From Ginkgo biloba (Eukaryota > Plantae > Ginkgophyta), in contig JANKJI020000004.1 in assembly GCA_024626585.2 (NCBI GenBank), positions 175,600,022 to 175,622,245 on the forward strand: a DNA stretch of 22,224 nt, read 5' to 3'. The notes below the pieces were generated by a model that did no database searches, had not been told where the DNA came from, and worked only from the letters and a program-made list of their open reading frames with translations. Below are positions 21,109 to 22,224 of the stretch, in pieces. The translations under genes and the position numbers were made by a program. The first letter of the stretch is position 1; each line of letters begins with the position of its first letter.

Positions 21109-22224
21109 GACAAGTAGAAATGTCTAGGGAGTTTCAAAGAAGGCTAGCACCTGATTGAATCTTTTGACGAATTAGTTGAAAAGGTATTGTAGGATATAGA
21201 ATTATCAATATAATTAGAATAAATCCTCTAACATGAAGTTTCAAAAAATATATTGCAAGCTAGGTCAAATGCAATTTAGCATCATAAGAAGGCTTAGGAC
21301 TTTTTAGGGTCACATGGGTGAAGACCAAAATTAAAAAAGGGATAAAAAAGGGCTTAGAGAATTACAAGTAGTAGAAATATTCAAGGGAATATTCATTTCT
21401 TGATTTCCTTATAAAAATGAACCCTATCATGAAGAAATATTCAAGTTAAATCTTTCCTCCCTTGTCTCTAGTGGGTTGACTTCACCTCATTACATAAGAG
21501 AGAGAATATTTTCTTAAAATATTCTTTTTTTTGTCAGCACTATTTACCATGTACAACCAAAGATGTGTGGGTTGTACTAAATAATGTTATATTTATCCCG
21601 TAATACATCAACATATAGTGGATCCCACTTCTTTTACTAATTATGCTAATTAAGACTTAATTAAGAAGATCAAAAATAAATTCAAGGGATCCTAGACACT
21701 CATAACTTACCTCTGTATGCATTCACTACCCTCCACCAATTATTGACTAATGTAGACTACATTTTACTTTAATGGATGACCTTAATAGACTTGAAGCCAT
21801 GGAAAATACTACCAAGTTATTATTGATTTCTCATTGACTCCCAACTANNNNNNNNNNNNNNNNTATCATAGTAATTGTAAGTGCACTTTGATAGATTAGA
21901 AATGATTCATAAGTTTTCATAACCTCATTTACTTCGTATCGATTTCACATATTCCCTTTGTATACCAATAAAATAGTGATATTTTTGGTTACTCGTACTC
22001 CTCCTTAGCATTGGTGATTCTCATAATTAGTTGCAGGCAGTTCAATTAATACCAGTGGTAGATGGAAATTATATTTAAATTAGGAAGGATCCCAATGGAG
22101 GACAAAAACCATTATTCATACAATATTTAATCTAATTAAGATTATTCGTTCACCTTTAGCATCTGCATTGAGCATACTATTCTCACTAATATTATTCAAA
22201 GAAAGCTATGCAGCCAACAACTTA

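Overview
This is AT-rich, CpG-poor, gap-ridden eukaryotic DNA, most likely from a large plant genome. The retroelement motifs look gymnosperm/conifer-like, which is my inference. I find no intact host gene, RNA gene or CRISPR array, and most ORF-track entries are artefacts of N runs. The window is a pile of decayed retrotransposons: a near-complete L1-type LINE ORF2 fossil (4031-7571, minus; endonuclease, RT, zf-RVT, RNase H) and at least five Ty3/gypsy fragments from chromoviral and non-chromoviral lineages. It also holds LTR/PBS/PPT-like signals, tandem repeats of about 92, 148 and 620 bp, a ~550-bp inverted dispersed repeat pair and a 100-bp GC-rich triple hairpin. I see no convincing novel biological system. 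The best leads are a Gln/Glu-rich extra-ORF fossil just before a PPT/LTR, a Gag with four zinc knuckles, the GC hairpin island, and window ends compatible with a giant minus-strand intron. Translations were done by hand and boundaries are approximate.
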